A stretch of 64,000 nucleotides of DNA from Podarcis pityusensis (lineage: Eukaryota), in the NCBI GenBank assembly GCA_964106645.2, contig OZ067048.1; one strand, given 5' to 3'. Below the pieces are notes generated by a model. That model ran no database searches and was not told where the DNA came from. It saw only the letters and a list, made by a program, of their open reading frames with translations. The position numbers and the translations under genes were made by a program. Below are positions 24,801 to 36,944 of the stretch, piece by piece; positions within the stretch are counted from its first letter, which is position 1; every line of letters starts with the position of its first letter.

Positions 24801-27800
24801 AGGTAACTTGGCAGTTCTGTCTGTGCTGGCAGCACCATGGAAAACATGAAGTAGTCATATGAGCAGAACTCTGAAACAAAACCACCCTCCAACTCTGCTT
24901 CTTACCAGTGAGGAATAGTGAAGGGCAGGAAGGAGGCGTGCCTAAATATTTCATGAAGGAAAGCTTCTGTGTAATGCAGAACTTTTCGATCTTTAAACCT
25001 TGATGGTCTTTCTCCAATCTTTGCATCTGCACAGAACAAAATGGAACATGTTTCAAGCAATGGGCTTCACAGGATTGCTTCAATTTTCCATTTAATCAAT
25101 TTAATCAAGAACATTACCAATTTCTTCTTGAATTTTCGTTTGAATTTCCGGATTGCTTATCAGGTACAGAAATATCCATTGCAAACATACTGACAGTGTA
25201 GCAAAGCCTACAAAATAAAAGAAGTGTCAGGATATGTTGTGGTTAAATTATTATTCTGCAAACAACACTTTGGTATTTCTATATGCTGAAATCCGTTGTA
25301 GGCATAATGCACAAATCCCAAGAGATATTCCATCACGAATGTATGGAATACATCCATACATTTCCATATAAAATTGACTAGATAGTTATGATTTGATATG
25401 TTTTGGTACTACTGGTAATTGCTAATGGTTCACTTAAATCCAGGTCCTGGATATTTCCATGCCTGCACGAGCATTTTCCCCACCAGGCGTGCTCTGTAAC
25501 GGGGGCCGAGGACCCGCAAAATTTTCAAGAAGGGGGCTGGGCACCCTCAAAATCCCACAACCATGCGCATCTTCTGCCAGGGCTGTGACAGGGTAAGGCG
25601 TCTTTGCCCTGTGCGTCCCTTTCACAATGGCCAGGGTGCCTTTCAAAAGGTAAGGTGGTGGGCGGTGGGGGACGGCGGCTGAGCCGGGTGGGAGGGATGG
25701 CGTGCATGTGACATCACACATGCGTGACGGACTCCCCTAATGTTGGGCACAACTCAACGCTTCTGTTCCCCACAGTTGCAACGCTTTGTAGGGTGGAGTT
25801 TTTGTCATCAGGTCCTCAATTTCTGGCCATAATTTTATTTAGCCAAATGCCTAAATCAGGTCACAGATCCATTTTTGCTGAAATTTACAACCAGTCCCAG
25901 TTTGACAGTCAATTTTGCAATTCTACCCCTTGCAATGGTCCAAGAAAATGTTCAGTCAAACAGTACTTTCCTATCAAACGTTAAAATGGATTATGTTGAG
26001 TTCCATTTTAGGGGGTGAAACCAATTCCATATTTTAGGTGTTGGAAAAAATTAACACACTTTGCTAAAGTTTGTCCATGTTGACAATGACACAAAATCCA
26101 TCTACACAGAAGACACTGGGCAAGAGGTCTACAGTTAGTTAGGCCAAATGGCCGAAGTATTGGGAAATCTTGGAACAAGAGGGTGACAGATTAAAATTAC
26201 AGAGCTTTGAAAAATTAAAAAACAGAGTGCGAGATTGGCTCCATTATTATCAAATAATGGAGGCATATAATCAGGACAAAAAATTAGGTTTTCAAGTGGA
26301 AAAATCAAAGTTGGAAACAGAATTGTTAGACCCTAAAGTTAAGAATTTGTCAAGAATGTATAACTTGCTATTGAAATGGAATACTCAGGATGAAATGGTG
26401 AAATCTGCTATGATTAAATGGGCACAGGATGTTGGACATAATATTATGATGGCTGACTGGGAACAGTTATGGACCACTGGTATGAAGTTTACGGCATGTA
26501 ATGCCTTAAAAGAGAATTTAATGAAAATGATTTACAGGTGGTACATAACACCAGTCAAGCTTGCAAAAATTTATCATTTGCCTGATAATAAATGTTGGAA
26601 ATGCAATGAAACTGAAGGTACTTTCTTTCACCTCTGGTGGACATGCCCAAAGATTAAGGCATTCTGGGAGATGATCTATAATGAAATGAAAAAGGTATTT
26701 AAATATACCTTCTTAAAGAAACCAGAGGCCTTTCTCCTGGGCATGGTGGGCCAATTGGTGCCAAAGAAGGACAGAGTTTTTTCATGTATGCTACAACAGC
26801 AGCAAGAATACTCATTGCAAAGCACTGGAAGACACAAGACCTACCCACCAGGGAAGAATGGCAGATGAAGCTGAAGGATTACATGGAATTGGCGGAAATG
26901 ACTGGTAGAATCCGATACCAGGAATAAGAGTCGGTGGAAGAAGATTGGAAAAAATTCAAAGCTTATTTACAGAAATATTCTAAAATTAATGAATGTTAGA
27001 AAGATGCTGGAAAGAAGTTATATGACTTTAGTAGAAATATTATAAAGAATTAAGTATGAATAGATTGATATTGGGTAAAGAGGTAAATTTAAGTTTAAAA
27101 TTGCGTTAAGTTAAATTATGGAACTAAATTTGTGAAAGAGGGAAAGGACTTGCTGGAATATTTAATTGAACTAGAATACAAAAAAGGAGGTGTGAGGAAG
27201 TCGAGGAAATAAGCAAATGAAAGATAAGGATATGAAAACATGTGGTTCTTCTGTATGTTTGTTTGTTCTTTTTTTGGGTTTTTCCCCTCTTTTTTTGTAT
27301 TGTTGATGTTTTGTACTACTGTATTTATTTTTGTCTTTGAGGTTTTGTAATTGTTTATTGCTTATATTTTTCTCTTGTTTCTCTTCTTTTTTTTGCAATG
27401 TCTAAACTTCAATAAATATTTTATTTTTAAAAAAATACAATTAGTTAATGTATACTTTTTAAAAATCTCATGAATTTTAAGTCACACTAAGTCTATCCAC
27501 CAACAAAGATAGAAGCCTTTATATGGTGCCTACAAAAATTTCACCTGCTCTAGCCCTAAAAGATCAGCTGTCAACAGCAGGCAGCTGTGTTTTAAGGGTC
27601 ATGTTTAAAAACTCAGAGTGGCAAAAATGTTCCATACTTACCAGCCCCAAAAATGTCATTGACTGTAACTATTATTTTCTGCTGAGATAAAGCTGCAGCT
27701 TTCCCATCCTCTCTTTTTTCATTGCTAACACTAATGAGGGCATCTGTGATGTCTCTGAGATGGTTCTAAAGGAAACAAACAAAACCCTTGATGCTATTTT

Positions 27801-30721
27801 CAACCAATCACTTTTTACTTGGCAACCTACAATTTGTTTAATCCTACATATAACGAGTCTATCTTGTTTTTTCCCCTCCCAGCCAAATCAAGGGCTTCAG
27901 ACTCTTAGGACAAAATTTATTTTGGAAAAGAAAGCAGCAAGTATCAGCTGTTAATAATGTCAAGCATAGTGATAAATTCCTTAGGCAACAATCCCAGCCT
28001 GACTTCATAGCAAGCTATTGGCCTAAGCAACATTAAAGTCACAGGAATTTACTGCCAACTCAATACACACAAAAGAATGCTGCTAATGGTATTTCTCTTG
28101 ACAGTACAAGTGTTATCTTCTCCCAATCTCACATAAGGCTGGACAGAAGTCACATTAATCTGTGACTTCTGTTTTAAACTACAGTGGTACCTCCAGTTGT
28201 GCATGGGATCCATTCCGGAGCTCTGGTTGGATCCCGAGGAATTTGCAACCGGAGGTGCCGCTTCTGTGCATGCGTGCAGCATGGTAGAGTGCTTCTGCGC
28301 ATGCACGTGCAGTGAAACCCAGAAAAATACTTCCGGGTTTGCTGCATTTGCATCCTGAAGGATACGCAACTGGAGGTGTACATATCCAGAGGTACCACCG
28401 TACATAAAAATGTGCATTTCAAAATGTTTCCCCTTACAATGCACACAGAAACAGAACTGTAGAGTTGGAAAGGATCCTGAAGGTCATCTTGATCAGCCCT
28501 CTGCAACACAGGGATCTCAATTAATTCATCCATGACAGATGGCCATCCAACCTCTGCTTGACAACCTCTTACCATCAGATATTTCTTCCTGATGTTTAGT
28601 AGGAATCTCCTTTCTTGTAACTTGAAGCCATTGGTTCAGGTCCTAGTCTCTGGAGCAGGTATCATAGAATCGTAGAGTTTCTAGACCCTTGATCATCTTG
28701 CTTGCCCTCCTCTGAACACATTCCAGCTTGTCAATATCCTCCTTAAATTGTGTTGCCCAGAACTGGACACAGTACTTTGGTATGTTTTTTGAGCCAAGAA
28801 CTGATATGCAACATTCCCCCTCCTCAGATTTCCTGATACAAAATCAGTATCCCAGAACTCCAGGGGGTGGAGATGGGGGGTGGGGGTGGCCAGGGATACA
28901 GACACCAGCATTGTGCCTGTGCAGTCTCCCCTCCAGAGCTAATGGCAGTTTTGGGAGGTACAATTTTGCATCAACTGCTGCAAAATGCTATTGCCCAATT
29001 AGCATCTACCAACAGTCATACACAGCATCCTACTCCAACTTCCCATCATCTGCATAGTCTATTACTTTCTAGGCTCAAATCAAGATGCTGATTCTTACTT
29101 TTACAGCCCTACATGGTTTAGGAACCCAAGTGGTGGGGCAGGGAATCCTTCCCCATATGAAGTGCAACCATTTTGGTTGTGGGGCTCCAGTGTTTTGCTC
29201 TTTGAGTGTCTAGTTTACACCTGGCTCTTTGAGGTTTTTAAGCCCAACTGATTTGCTGCCTCTTGTTTTTCTCTGCCCTGTTGCTTCTATTTTTTCTTTT
29301 AATTGCTACTGCTCCATTTGTAATGCGTTTTTAATTTTAATTTGAGTTTTCTTTAACTAAGTTGTTTTCATTTGGGGAGCCGCTTCATTACAATGCATTT
29401 CATTTTTTTAAGAAGATCAGAATTTTAAAAATAATTTTTAAAATATTTCATTGAAAACTAGTATGCTTGAGCTGTTAGAGAAACTAGATAGAATATTTGC
29501 ATGTCCAGGAAATAAAAGATTTATATACCACTTGACTGTAATAAATCCTCAAAGTGGTTTACAAAAAAAATGTAATTATTTTTAAAACAGCTGTTTACAA
29601 CATTCAAAAGTGATTAAAATCAATGATAAGCAGAAAACTAGATTAAAACACATGTCAACCTTCCACATGTCTGGAATGTTAGGAATGTTAATATGAGAAA
29701 TGTGATCTAAGTTGCCATTCTACTCTGCCACAAACTGTAGAAATGCAGTGTTTGAACAGAAAGATTCTGCATTCCTGTATTCACCCTTTCAATGTTTTTG
29801 GCAGGGGTAATCTCCTGCCATGCTTTGGTTAGATAAGTGCCATGCTACCTGAAGAACCACCCCCACCCCCAGTGTTTTCCGCCTCCACAGCTGAAAGCTT
29901 ACCTTATCGTATGTGGTGTAGTGGTCTTCTACACGTTTTGCAACAAAGTTGTTGAACTTCCTATAAAACTCTCGAGCAGCCTTTGCAGCAGGAAGCGGGA
30001 GGTAACGAAGGGATGGTATAAAATCAGCTGGATTGAAGACACCTGATGCTTTTATGAAATCATCGTTTACCTTAAGCATGCCTTGAAACTCCTCGTCATC
30101 GTGGTCATACCTTTTGTTGAAGCAGAGGGCACAGACAACATTCGCAATTGCACAGGTAGTGGAGGCAGCAGGGTCAAAGCTACCAGCCTGTTTGGAGAGC
30201 TCCACGAAGGTTTTCACCAGTTCCAAAGCTTCAGCACAAACATGCTCTTCGAGCAGACAAGAGCACGTGGAAGACATGGCTTCTGATTTGGTGAGTGACC
30301 TTAAAGCTTTGCTGGCAATTTGCTTCTGAAGCTTCCAGCTTTCTCCGTACTTCACAGAAAATGACAGGCTCTCTCCATCAGCAAAAAAAGAAAAGGTGTG
30401 CATGTCAGGTCGGGCAGCAAAACTCTCCCCATCTCTAAGCAGCACCTGTTTCACTGCATCCAGTCCATTAACTACCACGACTGGTACCATTCCCAGCTTT
30501 ATCTGAAACACATCTCCGTATTTCTTCCGCATGCGCTCAAATGAAATGTAGGGATACTCTCCCAGCTGGAGAAGATTCCCCACAATTGGCAGAGACCAAG
30601 GTCCTGGCGGCCGAGGTTGCTTGCTCTTCATAAAAATTCGTATAGAAATTAAAATGGAAGCCACCGTAAAGAAGGCAACGGTCACCTTTGAAAAGGAAAC
30701 GTCTTCAGCTGTAAAATTCAT
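21562..30721 (-). CDS. CYP1D1: Cytochrome P450 family 1, subfamily D (CYP1D1-like), 6 coding exons, 507 aa: join(30721-29903,27765-27642,25207-25118,25026-24906,23281-23195,21844-21562)
   Basis: Exon lengths 819+124+90+121+87+283=1524 nt, with GT-AG boundaries and matching phases; same exon plan as CYP1A/1D. Motifs: membrane anchor then [23 protein letters not shown]-helix FGAGFAT, EIFR (ExxR), PFTIPHC, MYQVNHD, KPERF, and heme motif [10 protein letters not shown] (Cys453). WxxxK, MYQVNHD and [10 protein letters not shown] favour CYP1D over CYP1A. Confidence 0.9.
22195..22490 (+). mobile_element. Degenerate tRNA-derived SINE (Squam3-like) interrupted by a small MITE, in CYP1D1 intron 6
   Basis: Head gtggcagagcac..gcatgcaga.ggtccc..ttcaatccc and tail ttccaatgttcctat; the insert has the inverted repeat ccagatgttg..gaactacaact / agttgtagttcaacaacatctgg. 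Confidence 0.5.
23195..23281 (-). CDS. CYP1D1: CYP1D1 exon 6 (87 nt), [28 protein letters not shown]
   Basis: Boundaries ttgtttccag| and |gtaagt; LNGYxIP and QVNHD motifs. Confidence 0.92.
24906..25026 (-). CDS. CYP1D1: CYP1D1 exon 5 (121 nt), DAKIGER...[20 protein letters not shown](C)
   Basis: Boundaries tctgtgcag| and |gtaag; K-helix ExxR and PFTIPH; preceded by a 91-nt intron. Confidence 0.92.
25118..25207 (-). CDS. CYP1D1: CYP1D1 exon 4 (90 nt), (G)[29 protein letters not shown]
   Basis: Boundaries ttttgtag| and |gtaatg; encodes I/J helix, phase 1/1. Confidence 0.92.
26142..27435 (+). mobile_element. L1-clade LINE 3' fragment in CYP1D1 intron 3 (antisense to the gene)
   Basis: ORF 26170..26868 is the ORF2 C-terminus with [12 protein letters not shown]; AATAAA and A-tail; imperfect TSD TACA(G/A)TTAGTTA. 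Confidence 0.9.
27642..27765 (-). CDS. CYP1D1: CYP1D1 exon 3 (124 nt), [11 protein letters not shown]...VNDIFGA(G)
   Basis: Boundaries tttcctttag| and |gtaagt; RDITDAL and VNDIFGAG are CYP1 signatures. Confidence 0.92.
28182..28400. mobile_element. Tigger/pogo-type MITE in CYP1D1 intron 2
   Basis: TIR CAGTGGTACCTC...GAGGTACCACCG flanked by TA. Confidence 0.78.
28450..28780 (-). mobile_element. CR1 3' fragments
   Basis: Homologous to 5070-5635. Confidence 0.75.
29903..30721 (-). CDS. CYP1D1: CYP1D1 exon 2 (first coding exon; acceptor at 30739, ATG at 30721), MNFTAEDV...HYTTYDK
   Basis: ORF 29789..30727 is the P450 N-terminal half; acceptor ttttcttctcag|G and donor AAG|gtaagc. Confidence 0.93.
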
Positions 30722-31010
30722 TTTCAAATAAGAAAATACCTGAGAAGAAAAATGGCAGACTGAAACTCCTTTAAAATAAAATAAAACTTACAGACATGTA
30801 TAGATACATAGATTTCCAGCAAGACATTTTGCAGCTCCATACCCTTCTACACAGTAGAACCCATTTGCTTCGTGGCGCATTATCTCCATGCCCCCCCTTC
30901 CCAATGCAATTCAGAGGATTTCTCTGGTTGCCACAATCTCTCCATCTACAAGTGATTCTAGGATCTTTCTCCCACACTTTTGTATCTAGTGATATCATAT
31001 GGTAAAACCA

Positions 31011-31045
31011 CTATCTATCTATCTATCTATCTATCAATCTATCTA
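31011..31045. repeat. (CTAT)n microsatellite
   Basis: Seen directly in the sequence. Confidence 0.9.
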
Positions 31046-32559
31046 GTGGCAAAGCACACTCCCAACTCATTACATTTTAGATAAGAATCCGTATACAACT
31101 CTGACTCTTAAATTACAACCAAAAGCACCTTTTATTGGGTAGAGCACCCTAATACTTACAGAAGAGCCAAATAATTAAATGTGTCTAGATATCTCTTGGG
31201 GAACACAGCAATGTTTCACCAAAGCCAAGTTGTTCATAATATACAGCCAGCAACCCTGCGGTACCTCTGGATGGCTGCTTATTGTGGGATCAGTCTTGCT
31301 CAAGCAAACAAGCTTTTCACAGCATCCATACGATGTTGTCAGCATCAAAATACCAACCCATATTTTTGCACTGTTAATCTGCCTGAAGTGTGTGCACAGC
31401 CTGCTTAGACAGGATTTGGTCATCCAAACGTGGCCTCCTCCTTGTTCCACAAACCATGACTAGGGTGGTAGTCAAGTGGTAGGCTGGATTTAGCCCTGGC
31501 TCTAAATAATGTAAGTTGGCCTTTCAGTGCCAACTTAGAAGCAATGGGGATATTAGGAGATGCAATGGTTGTGGAATAAGACTTGCTTGGATTCCAGCGG
31601 GGGAGATGAGGACCATCCATTGCCCCCTGAAAGCGGCTATCTTGTAAATGAGATGATCAGAACAAGCAACATGGGATGATTCCTTTGAGAATGTGTGCAG
31701 GCAAAACAGAAGGCTGGCTATTTAATAAATGGAATGAGATGTAATTGTTTTGGGGAAAACATAGTAAGTGGCAAATTCATCCCAAACTATTTTCTTTTTA
31801 AAAAATCCAAAAACCAGAACATGTCGTTATTTAATTTATGGATGGAGAAGTCTGCACTTTGGCAATGATTCAGCTGAATTCCACCTCTATAAATATTTAT
31901 GGCAGTGTTGCAACAGTGTGCACTTTGAACCAAGTTCTGGCTCCCCCACTTGTGCCTCTAAAGCAAGAATTGTTTACTGCACACTGTCCCTTCTCCAGTG
32001 TAGAATTCCTGGAATCAGTCTCAGCTTCTCTCCCATAAACTGAATCATGAAGAGGCGTGTGAAGAAACTAAAGTTAATTTAAGGACAGGATTTCTGGATA
32101 ACTCATTGCTTTACAAAATATAAACAAGTAGTTTAAATCTCCCCTCTCCTAGCTACACATAAGCTTTCCTCTAAAGAGCTAAAGCAAGAAATGTTTGGGT
32201 TTTGCATCTATCACAACGTTTTCCAATAGAGAAATATCAGGGTTGATAGAGACAGAAATGTATTTAACCATTTTCCCATTTCCCCCCACATTTATTCAAA
32301 AGTTACAATACAATGCATTTTCATTCAATATATCCCCTCCACAGACACCTCTGTGATGATGGTGGCACTAAAATATCCTGTTCTTCAATAAAAGAGAAAA
32401 CGGGAGATCGTGTCAAAGGTATCTTTTCTGGAGATAACTTGTGAAGATATTTGTTGGGGGGGTCTATTGCAAAGGGGGTCCCCTGGGTGCAAGGACCCTT
32501 CTCCTTTTTCTGAGCTCTTTATTTTGGCTTTATCTGACACTCCATAATCAAGCAGCCAC

Positions 32560-33260
32560 CAACCAGGCTGGATCCCGGCTGGGCTGATGCGAGCTGGAGT
32601 CAAAACCTCTGGAGGCTACAAGGACTCGTCGTGGCCACTCCGTGTTGAGGAAGAGGCATTTTGCATCTATCCAGGGCAGCCCAGGAGCGACGCCGAGTAC
32701 AGCCCGCAAGGGACCCACTTTCCGGGGACAGACCAGCAGGGAGCCCAAGGGACGAGAAACCGCGTGGGACTCGCGGGGTCTCTTGGCGTTTGCCCGACGG
32801 GGAAGGAGCCCGCCTAGTCCCGCCTGCAAAACGCGGCTCAAAGGGGACTCTGCACATGCTCAAAGGCACGTCTCTCGGCCGCTTTCGGAAGCCTTCACCT
32901 TTTTATTTCTCCAAAGCAAACCGAGGGTTTTCTTCTTCATTTCCCTTTTGCTCTGCCCCCCCCCATCTGCCCAGGAAAGCCGTGGCTTCGAAAGCAGCCC
33001 CCCTTCGCCGCGGCTCACCTGCTTCGCGCGCCTCCTTTTCTCCCCCTCGGCGGAGCCGCCTCCGCGCGCGCCCAGCAAGGCCAGCGGCGGCGGCGCTTCC
33101 AGCTGCTTCCAGCAGAGGGCGCCAGCGCAGCCCGCGGCCTTTGAAACGGGGGGCGCTGCCGCGTGCGGCTCCTGCCACTAGAGGGCGCTGTGTGCACGCG
33201 GAACCTCTTGCATATCCTGACCATCCTCGTCCGTATCCATATGTTTCTACCCCGCCTTTC
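32560..33260 (-). promoter_or_regulatory. CpG island: probable CYP1D1 promoter and non-coding exon 1 (donor CAG|gtgagc, exon ends at 33019)
   Basis: Abruptly GC- and CpG-rich, with CCCGCC boxes near 32808-32825. A minus-strand consensus donor lies 2.3 kb upstream of the exon-2 acceptor, and CYP1A/1D genes have a non-coding exon 1. Confidence 0.65.
33173..33190 (+). promoter_or_regulatory. CTCF-binding motif TGCCACTAGAGGGCGCTG
   Basis: Close match to the CTCF core CCAC(C/T)AG(A/G)GGGCGC, at the edge of the CpG island. Confidence 0.6.
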
Positions 33261-33855
33261 CCTCTAATGGGACTCAAGGCGACTTACATATAAAAAGAAG
33301 AGCTGCTGGAAACATAGAAAGACCCATTCGACGTGGACAGAATTAAATCTGTTTTTTAAAAAAGAAAAAAGAAAGCACAGTGCCTCAAAGTCCTGCAATC
33401 CAAGTTTCTAAATTTAACTGGTGCAGAAAGGAAGTGTTCACCTTCCCCTCCAGAGAGAGTTGGGCTGCAACTCCCCCCCTTGGCCACACTGGCTGCAGCT
33501 GATGGGACTTGGAGTCCAGAAAAACTGGAGAGCCAGAAGTTCTCCATCCTTTACCTACAAGAAATATTTACCAGGCTGGTGGTAGTCTAAGGTTACCAAA
33601 AAAAATATCAGTGAATCTGGGGACACTTATTGTTCGCTACATACATGTGAATGCTGAGAAAGCTGTAAATCCAGGGACTGTCCCTGGGAAACAGGGACAT
33701 CTAGTAACCTTATGGTAGTCTTTATGTAGTCATGTAATTTTGAACATGTTGGGTGAGATCTAGATTTAGGCTGCAGTACGTTGCAGTACTCAACGTACCT
33801 GGGAGTAAGACCCACTCAATTCAGTAGGACTTATTATTGTGCTGTATGTCTAGGC

Positions 33856-34098
33856 CAAAGGTCAGCAAACTTTTTCAGCAGGGGGCCGGTCCACTGTCCC
33901 TCAGACCATGTGAGGGGCCAGACTATATTTAGGGGGGGGTGAACAAATTCCTATGCCCCACAAATAACCCAGAGATGCATTTTAAATAAAAGGACACATT
34001 CTACTCATGGAAAAACACGCTGATTGCCGGACTGTCCATGGGCCAGATTTAGAAGGCGACTGGGCTGTATCCAGCCCCCAGGCCTTAGTTTCCCACTG
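33856..34098. mobile_element. hAT MITE resembling OC1/nhAT non-autonomous elements
   Basis: 5' end ca..ggtcagcaaactttttcagcagggggccggtccactgtccctcagacc...gaacaaattcctatgc; degenerate 3' TIR. Family assigned from memory. Confidence 0.55.
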
Positions 34099-36323
34099 CT
34101 TTCAGCTAGGCTCCACTTTTTTGGCTTTTTGAAAAATGCACTTCTTCTGCTGCATCTTTTTCCTTTGCAGATGAGACTTTGCCGATAAACTTTGGTTATA
34201 TGACTGTGTTTTTCATTCCTATGACTGCACTAACATCCATGGTGCCTCCTGATATTTACTCTTCAAATAGTAAGGGACTGGCAATTACATAACACATTGC
34301 CTGAGTTACAAAGGTTGCCACAGTCACCACTGGTATACTGTCTTGATTCTGCGTATTCTTCTCTCCACAGGTTATATAACCCACCAAATACTTTTCAGGA
34401 AAGAGATTTGCCTTGGCACAAATCCAGCAAACATGCCACAGCATGGGAGCTGGAGAACTTGGAAACGAACTTTACCCATAGAGATCAGATAAGGACCCTT
34501 ATCTCCTAATTATGCAGGTTAGAGTTGGTATGATAGTAACGCATATTTAGCATTTTAAAATATCAAATGGCAATATCCCAGGTGGAGTAGGCACAAACAG
34601 AAGTTGAACATTAATCTTTTATTATTATTTTATAGCTGTCGTATACATCTTAATTTCTTGACTGATGTGACCTGGGCACAATGTGTCTTACCAGTTGCTT
34701 TACGTGGTTTGGAACAATAAGAAAAAGAAGGAGCTGAAGACATCTGAAAGTGGGGAAATCAATGTATTCATTCACAGAGGGGCATCTTAAAGGCCACCAA
34801 GTCCCCCCCCCCCCCCGCTCTGCGCTGGAGGCATTTCTACCCACTGCTTCTAGGCCTGCCCAACATTCCCAACTCTTTCAACCATTCCTCAAAGGACTCC
34901 TTTTCTAGGTTGCCCTCCTATGGACACCCTACAGGGTGTCAACATATTGTTAAAATATCCCTCTTGGGACACTGAAATAATGGGGGTGGGTCAATGTGAG
35001 TAGAGGTTGTGGGTGTGCATGTGCCTTCCCCAAGCCCTCCGCTCTTAACCTTCATGCGCTCCATGTCCACACGATCGGGAAACCTGTGCAATTCTGGTCC
35101 TCCCCTCTCAGCCCCCCTGGGCCCAGGACGGCCTGCAGAAGAGAATCCAGCTCCAACAGAGGGCCCCCCTCTGCTTGCACCTACTCTTCCCTACTTGAAC
35201 TCTCTGCTTTTTCTTTTTTCTTTTTGTTCTTGTGTGTTATTGAACTGTATGTTCTTGTTTAAATAAAACATTTTAAAAGAAAATACACCTTGCCAAATTT
35301 GAAATTTCAATAGTTTTTGAAAGCTTATTTTCAGCATATATATGCACAAACACACCTTCCCTGTGCAGAAAAGATCCTGACTTCTCTTAAAGAAAACTTT
35401 TTGGGTTGCCACCAGGAGGTGCAATTGATACTTTTTTCCTGCAACACATCCTTGCTGGAATAGCCATTTTACCTCATTTGCTCAGATGCACTTGCTCCAC
35501 GTGTTTTCTTTTTTAAAAAAAGAAACTAGTTTTAAATCAGTCCTTCTTTGCATCTTCTGAAAGTTAACAGTATTGCCTGTTTTGAGGGAGACACAGTTTT
35601 TCCTCATTTACCTCATTTTTCTCTTTCCAGCCTCTAATTTTGCCAAACTCCTTTTCCTGCCACACAGTCTGTATCCACATCCAGGGGCTAAATGTGCACA
35701 CCATTTATGAAGCAGGGCTGGGGAACTGGAGCTGGTGAGACTGATCCTTACCTCTCCCACTCCTTGAGGGCCAATTGAATGGTGCTGAGCAGAGGCGCCG
35801 AGTTCCACACAGAATTAGGAGGGCTCGTCAAATGTGCATGATGTCACACGTGTGACATACACGTGTGATGTCATGTGTGTCAGAAGGAGGCTGTGGGGCC
35901 TGACAAGGCCCTCTTCCACCATGGATAGGACCAGAGGGGCCTCTGCCACAGTGGGGAGTCCCAAACACCCCCATCTCAAACCAATATTCCCTCCTGTAGT
36001 CATTGCACTACATCAAGAAAAGCTTGTGTCTCAGCAGTGACTGTGGTGATCTGATATAATGAGAGTAAAGCCAGGGAAGCTTTATCACTTTGTGCCTGGG
36101 GAAGGGAGCACTCCTTCTTCACAGAGCCATCTTATGTCCCTGCACTTTGCAACTCCCTGCCTGTTAGCCTTAGGCAGGCATTCTCCTCCTGTTTTAGGTG
36201 CCTGCTGAAAACACCTTTATTTCAACAAGCCTTCTCAGACATGTAATTTAGTTATGCATATTGGTTTTTTGGGGGGGGGGCACACTGTAGACTGTCCATA
36301 GGAGGGGTCCCTTTACCTTTACC

Positions 36324-36513
36324 TTTTGAGAATCACTGTCTCCTGGTCATTTTACACCCCGCTGCAAGGCAGCCAGTCTCGCTTTGCAGCTGCTGCACTG
36401 TGAGTAGAAGAAAATGTCAAGGGATCGCAGACCAGTCCACACAGCTAACATATATAAAGGGATGAATGTTACCGCAGCAATGTAAAATGATCAGGAGACA
36501 GTGATTCTCAAAA
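36324..36513. repeat. Inverted repeat with ~33-bp arms (MITE-like)
   Basis: ttttgagaatcactgtctcctggtcattttaca ... tgtaaaatgatcaggagacagtgattctcaaaa (1 mismatch). Confidence 0.75.
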
Positions 36514-36542
36514 TTACTATGATGTAACTCATTAGAACAACA

Positions 36543-36912
36543 TAAAGGTAAAGGTAAAGGGACCCCTGACCGTTAAGTCCAGTCACGAATGACTCTGGGG
36601 TTGCGGCGCAAATCTCGCTTTACTGGCCAAGGGAGCCGGCATTTGTCTGCAGACAGCTTCCAGGTCATGTGGCCAGCGTGACTAAGCCGCTTCTGGTGAA
36701 ACCAGAGCAGCGCATGGAAACACCGTTTATCTTCCCACCGGATGGGTACCTATTTATCTACTTGCACTTTAACATGCTTTCGAACTGCTAGGTTGGCAGG
36801 AGCAGGGACCGAGCAATAGGAGCTCACCCATCACAGGGAATCGAACTGCCAGCCTTCCGGTCAGCAAGCCCAAGAGGCTCAGTGGTTTAGACTACAGTGC
36901 CACCCGCATCCC
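36543..36912 (-). mobile_element. Full-length Sauria SINE
   Basis: (AAAGGT)n tail at left; reverse-complement homolog of 12878-13255. Confidence 0.87.
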
Positions 36913-36944
36913 AGCACAGCAACTGGGTGGTAGAAACATAAACA

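Noticed and set aside
21562-30721. CYP1A assignment or pseudogene status
   Set aside because: WxxxK, MYQVNHD and [10 protein letters not shown] fit CYP1D, and there are no stops, frameshifts or broken splice sites. A phylogeny would be decisive.
29789-30727. ORF-track 312-aa protein as a complete truncated P450
   Set aside because: It starts at a TTG and reads through the donor at 29902; the true exon is 30721-29903 and splices onward.
32587-33293. Long overlapping ORFs (179, 210, 124 aa) in the CpG island
   Set aside because: Low-complexity Ala/Pro/Arg frames on both strands, as expected from GC-rich DNA with few stop codons.
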